Below are positions 60,101-64,000 of a DNA stretch of 64,000 nucleotides, piece after piece. Source of the stretch: an uncultured delta proteobacterium (GTDB lineage Bacteria > Desulfobacterota > BSN033 > UBA1163); the NCBI GenBank assembly GCA_963827685.1, contig CAWHBU010000002.1:640001-704000 (forward strand), read 5' to 3'. Numbering within the stretch: position 1 is the first letter of the stretch; each line of letters begins with the position of its first letter. The notes below the pieces were generated by a model. The model saw nothing but the letters and a program-made list of their open reading frames with translations, made no database searches and was not told the origin of the DNA. The translations under genes and the position numbers were made by a program.

Positions 60101-60808
60101 ATGAGGGAATTAAGCAAGTTGGACAGGACCTATAATTTCATCCTGAGACGTATGACGGAGACTGGCCAAGCGCCTTTTTATACGGAAATTGCCGCTGAGT
60201 TGAGGGTTTCCGTGGAAGAAGGTCGTAAAGCCCTCCATGATCTCTTTGGAGCGGGAATTCCTGGTTGGCTATTTCCGAATACAGACCTTATCGCTTCTTT
60301 TGCCCCCTTCAACAATCTTCCCAACCAGTACCGGATCACCGTCGAAGGGCAACAGAAGTGGTTTGGTCAGTGAGGGTTTGAGTCGCTGGCGGTCAGCTGG
60401 CTCTTCAAAAGAAAAACAGTGCGGATCGATGCTCCATGTCTTGATTGCGGATCACCCATCCGGGTGGAGATGAAAGATGGTATAATTAAAAATACTGAGC
60501 CCAAAGGGCTGATAGGATACACGTCTGTACCTTTTAAGGAATGGTTCAAAGACCTTCCTTATAGCTGAAGTACCATGAATCTCTTCCGGTCGGAAGAGCA
60601 CATTCGTAATTGGAGCGGTTTCAAATCGGGTACTGAAGAAGGGATCGTTGAATTGTCGGCCGTGGCTAAACTTTTTTCGATTGATGGTTTTAAGAGGCGT
60701 TTGGACCCGGATTATGTTTCCAATTATCAGAAGTATTTAAAGGAATTCATCTCTGCCCTTGGAGAGATGGGGAAAATCCGCCCATTCTGGTCACCGCCGG
60801 GTCCGTAA
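60101..60808 (+). CDS. MerB (organomercurial lyase)-like selenoprotein, 235 aa, two Sec
   Basis: In-frame TGA at 60371 (WFGQ-U-GFESL) and 60566 (PYS-U-STMNLFRSEEH); AAGGAGGT RBS; SECIS-like hairpins after both TGAs. Confidence 0.85.
60377..60409 (+). promoter_or_regulatory. SECIS-like hairpin 1
   Basis: GAG-TC-GCTG-[GCGGT]-CAGC-T-GG-CTC; GGTC begins 17 nt after the UGA. Confidence 0.65.
60575..60607 (+). promoter_or_regulatory. SECIS-like hairpin 2
   Basis: ATGAAT-CTCTTCC-[GGTC]-GGAAGAG-CAC-ATTCGT; GGTC begins 19 nt after the UGA. Confidence 0.75.
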
Positions 60809-60838
60809 CGGTGCGTGATTAGTTTTTACTTAATTACT

Positions 60839-60871
60839 GGCGGGGTCAGAAATGGCCCTGCCTCCCTTTTT
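60839..60871 (+). terminator. Intrinsic terminator after the merB-like gene
   Basis: GGCGGGGTCA-GAAA-TGGCCCTGCC then TCCCTTTTT. Confidence 0.6.
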
Positions 60872-61032
60872 GGCTTATGCTTGCTTTCTATTGGTAATCG
60901 TCAGCCTTGAAGATTATCTTGGACCGAAGAGTAGGTAGGTGCTATACGTAACAAAAAGGTGATTGAAAGTTAAGCTTATCAGGTTCATCATCTATCTGTA
61001 TTTCCTATTGATTCAAAGGAAAGGAGATAGAG

Positions 61033-62196
61033 ATGGACCAGAGGGCTATAGAATATTGCAGCGTCATTCCAACGAATGAATCCCTGACGGAATTTAGAAG
61101 TATTGATCGACGGGAGGGGATTCACCCATCCATTTTTTTATCCAAGGCCCATAGAAGAAAATCAGAGAGGCCGTGTTGTCCTGAGCTCGAGGCGAAGGCA
61201 AGAGCGTTTCAATGGGCACTGAATCGGGTTGCAGGCTGGGGCTTGCCGGGAAAAGAGCACGTTGAGGGCTATTTGCGGGACATGTGTAGGCGGGGTCTCA
61301 GGCCAAAAACGTACTTCAGTAACCTGACCGCAATCTATATTTTTCTCACTCTTATTAGAGGTTCCGGAAAGACCCGTTTGGAGGAGATCACCAAGGATGA
61401 TCTGGAGGTTTTTATTGAACATGAGCAGGATCGGGGGTTAATGATATCGACGGTGCGAACAAGGCTTCACTGTGTCAATGCTTTTTTAGGCTATCTGATT
61501 GAAGCAGGTGCGATTCGTAGTAATGTTCTGGCAAGAAGAATTCGTCTGAGGAAGCCCGAGACCTTACCGAGGGCCATAGATCCGGACGATGTGAAAGCAT
61601 TACTTTCTGTTATCAACAATCCCAGAGACCGGGCCATGGTGATGGTGCTTTTACGGACGGGGATGAGAATCGGTGAATTGCTGAGTACCAGGATGCAGGA
61701 TCTTCACCTCAAGGATCGAAGAGTGGATATCTACGAGGGGGAAAAGAACCGCATCGGAAGAGTGGTTTACCTCAGTGAAGATGCCATGCAGGCTTTGAAA
61801 GCCTGGATCAAGGTGAAGGATTCTCATAAAGTATATCTCTTTTATGCGACGGGCAAGAACGCCATGTCCTATACGACCGCACACCTCATGTTCAAAGGCT
61901 ACCTGACGAAAGCCGGTCTTGCCCATAAGGGGTATTGCCTCCATGCCCTACGACATACGTTTGCCAGTGAGCTTTTAAATGCCGGTATGCGCCTCGAATG
62001 CCTCCAACCGCTGATGGGGCATACCTCTGTGGATGTGACGCGGCGCTATGCGCGGCTCACGGATAAGACCAGAGAGCAAGAGTACTTCAGAGCCATGACG
62101 ATTATAGAAAGGGGGGAGCTGAATGGATCTTACCGACTCGATCATCAGGTACAGGCGTTTCTTGAAGAGAAGGAACGTCTCACCGAATACCGTTAA
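61033..62196 (+). CDS. Tyrosine recombinase A
   Basis: SAM-like N-terminal domain, RTGMRIGE, GEKN, HALRH, LMGH, RRY. Confidence 0.92.
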   Translation: MDQRAIEYCSVIPTNESLTEFRSIDRREGIHPSIFLSKAHRRKSERPCCPELEAKARAFQWALNRVAGWGLPGKEHVEGYLRDMCRRGLRPKTYFSNLTAIYIFLTLIRGSGKTRLEEITKDDLEVFIEHEQDRGLMISTVRTRLHCVNAFLGYLIEAGAIRSNVLARRIRLRKPETLPRAIDPDDVKALLSVINNPRDRAMVMVLLRTGMRIGELLSTRMQDLHLKDRRVDIYEGEKNRIGRVVYLSEDAMQALKAWIKVKDSHKVYLFYATGKNAMSYTTAHLMFKGYLTKAGLAHKGYCLHALRHTFASELLNAGMRLECLQPLMGHTSVDVTRRYARLTDKTREQEYFRAMTIIERGELNGSYRLDHQVQAFLEEKERLTEYR

Positions 62197-63016
62197 GCAC
62201 TATTTAAACAGTCTGAAGCACTTTGTTCTCTGGCTGGATGAGCCGATCGAAAAGGTCACCTACAGAAAGGTTGACGAGTATATGGATGACCTGCTTGGAA
62301 AACGGCTAAAACCTAAGACCGTCAACTGTTATCTCAACAGCATCTGTCAGTTTTACCACTACCTCTGCGAAGAAGAGGGACTCCGGATCGTCAACCCTGT
62401 GAAGAAGCCAAATATCATGAAGCTTCCCAGAGGGCTTCCCAAACATCTGAGAGACGAGCACATAGAGATCCTCTTCAAGCATCTGAAAGGGCGAAGGGAT
62501 CAGGCCATCTTCACGCTCATGCTCCGATGCGGATTACGGGTAGAAGAAGTGGCTCACCTTTCCCTCAGCAATATTGATCTGAAACGCAGAATGCTGCTCA
62601 TCCAGGATGGCAAGGGTGCGAAGGATCGGATTGTCTATCTCAGCAACGATGCCCTTCATGCTCTCCTGGAATATCTAAGGGTGCGACCCGCAAATAAAGT
62701 AAGAAAGGTTTTTCTTGTAGAGAAAGGGCCTCTCAGCGGGCAACCTTTATCCATTCGCGGCATCCAGAAACGGATGGAATATTATGCCCGCAAAACAAAC
62801 TTGAGAATCTCCTGCCACCATCTTCGCCATACGATGGCAACGCAGATGTTGAATGCGGATGCGGACCTCTCTACCATCCAGGATCTTTTGGGGCATAACT
62901 CTATCAGGACGACCCAACGCTACTGCCGGGTATCAAACCTCAAAGTACAGAGAGATTACTACAAAGCCATGGAGGTGATCATGCAACGAACGGCTGGCAA
63001 CCCAAATAATCCTTGA
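62123..63016 (+). CDS. Tyrosine recombinase B (XerD-like)
   Basis: SPNTVKHY, RCGLRVEE, GKGAKDR, HHLRH, LLGH, QRY; overlaps recombinase A by 74 nt. Confidence 0.92.
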   Translation: MDLTDSIIRYRRFLKRRNVSPNTVKHYLNSLKHFVLWLDEPIEKVTYRKVDEYMDDLLGKRLKPKTVNCYLNSICQFYHYLCEEEGLRIVNPVKKPNIMKLPRGLPKHLRDEHIEILFKHLKGRRDQAIFTLMLRCGLRVEEVAHLSLSNIDLKRRMLLIQDGKGAKDRIVYLSNDALHALLEYLRVRPANKVRKVFLVEKGPLSGQPLSIRGIQKRMEYYARKTNLRISCHHLRHTMATQMLNADADLSTIQDLLGHNSIRTTQRYCRVSNLKVQRDYYKAMEVIMQRTAGNPNNP

Positions 63017-63096
63017 CATGAGAAAGAAATTATGAAAACTTAAACACTACGCAACATCATAATATCAATAGTAAATACGGATTATGTTACGTATAG

Positions 63097-63186
63097 GTAG
63101 GTGAAAGTTTCAAGCTGGACTTGTGACTGGCGAGACTTAGGAAGAATGTGGATTTCTTCCTGAAAGAGTGATTTTCAAATCTCGCC
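63097..63186 (+). repeat. Repeat E copy 2
   Basis: Homologous to 59638-59726. Confidence 0.75.
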
Positions 63187-63269
63187 ACAAAATAGAATCT
63201 TTCAAGCAGTAATCGATACGAATGGAACATAATGGAGGTATGTGGTGTTTCTCATCCTCATAAATTGAT

Positions 63270-63875
63270 CTACTTTCTTATCAGCAGCCATAATCCCCCT
63301 TCAGAGACGATTTCCACTTTTCCCTTCACATTGCTCATCGAGATACCTTGCCATAACTGATCTTCATTTACTTCGATCTTACCGATCTTGAGGTTAAGAT
63401 CCCGTGATCTCTTTCCGATTTTCTTAATCACAGTCTCAGGGGTGAACTTCCCGAACCCTCCACCAATAAACGCCATTCCATTCTTCCTCAGAATCCCAAA
63501 GATCGCTGAAAAGTTGACCTCAAACAAAGAAGGAAAGAAAAAGGCTCCTCGAAAGATGGCCAGATCAATTCTATTTTCGTCTACCCCGCTCAAGGAAGGA
63601 TCTGATTCAATGACCTCGATTTTGTCCTCAGCTTTCTGTTTCCTTGCTTCTTCACGGAAAAAATCGCCCATTCCTGGCGGAAAGGTTGCGATCAAAAAAG
63701 AGCGGCCTATCCCTTGTCTTAGCAAGGCAAAGATTGAACCACAAAAGGGACCTATTTCCAGAATATTTCCGTCTTGACGACCGTAGAGCTCATGGATGTG
63801 TCGTGCTAAATATGGATAAACCGGATCCCAGAGGCGATCAATCTCTTTAATAAGATCTAAATTTACAGATGTCAT
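63270..63875 (-). CDS. Class I SAM-methyltransferase-like protein (degenerate motif I)
   Basis: ILEIGPFCG, IDLAIFRGAFFF, ILRKNG.AFIGGGFG. Confidence 0.65.
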   Translation of the reverse strand: MTSVNLDLIKEIDRLWDPVYPYLARHIHELYGRQDGNILEIGPFCGSIFALLRQGIGRSFLIATFPPGMGDFFREEARKQKAEDKIEVIESDPSLSGVDENRIDLAIFRGAFFFPSLFEVNFSAIFGILRKNGMAFIGGGFGKFTPETVIKKIGKRSRDLNLKIGKIEVNEDQLWQGISMSNVKGKVEIVSEGGLWLLIRK

Positions 63876-64000
63876 AAGATACCCCTTTTAGGTCCCCTAG
63901 TCACATCCTTTCTCTGTTTTGCTCTTAAAAACTTTCTTCGTTGTATTATAGAGAAGGCTCGGTGATCAGCCGAAGTACAGCCTGTTCTAATCGCTCCTGG

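Larger units (their letters stand above)
60935..63103 (+). mobile_element. Twin tyrosine-recombinase element
   Basis: GTAGGTG direct repeats (60935-41, 63097-103) flank inverted arms CTATACGTAACA (60942-53) / TGTTACGTATAG (63085-96). Confidence 0.85.

Noticed and set aside
60095-60808. Two separate small genes, or a merB pseudogene
   Set aside because: Both stops are TGA, in frame, at the catalytic Cys positions, and each is followed by a SECIS-like hairpin
61033-63016. Chromosomal xerC/xerD, or a canonical RIT element
   Set aside because: A canonical xerD is at 24614; the pair has its own mobile ends and there is no third recombinase

Overview
Bacterial chromosomal window, probably from a Desulfobacterota/Deltaproteobacteria-type genome (inferred from gene order and content). 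Positions 1-44.5 kb are mostly housekeeping: gmk-rpoZ, an HD hydrolase, a MoxR AAA/vWA module, the rimP-nusA-infB-rbfA-truB-rpsO-pnp operon, dut, xerD, a DHH/CBS tRNA nucleotidyltransferase, scpA, sppA, udg and a type II secretion (gsp) cluster. After tRNA-Arg(CCT) at 44579 the window becomes accessory DNA, with four main highlights. (1) A MerB (organomercurial lyase)-like gene that the ORF track breaks up reads as one 235-aa selenoprotein. It has two in-frame UGA codons at the two catalytic Cys positions, each followed by a GGUC-capped SECIS-like hairpin. (2) A twin tyrosine-recombinase element is bounded by 12-bp inverted arms and a 7-bp GTAGGTG direct repeat. (3) The same core, as GTAGGTR-N6-WCAA, recurs at the start of promoter+gene modules across both accessory regions, suggesting a recombinase-built cassette array. 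(4) Three attC integron cassettes (HEPN-like, Zn-finger, PLD nuclease) sit in two copies of a promoter/attI-like platform with no intI in the window. Also noted are a candidate CCUCC-loop sRNA and an unusual L7/L12-CTD-like + FxLYD + degenerate EndoIII [4Fe-4S] fusion protein. All calls come from reading the sequence by eye; no searches were run.
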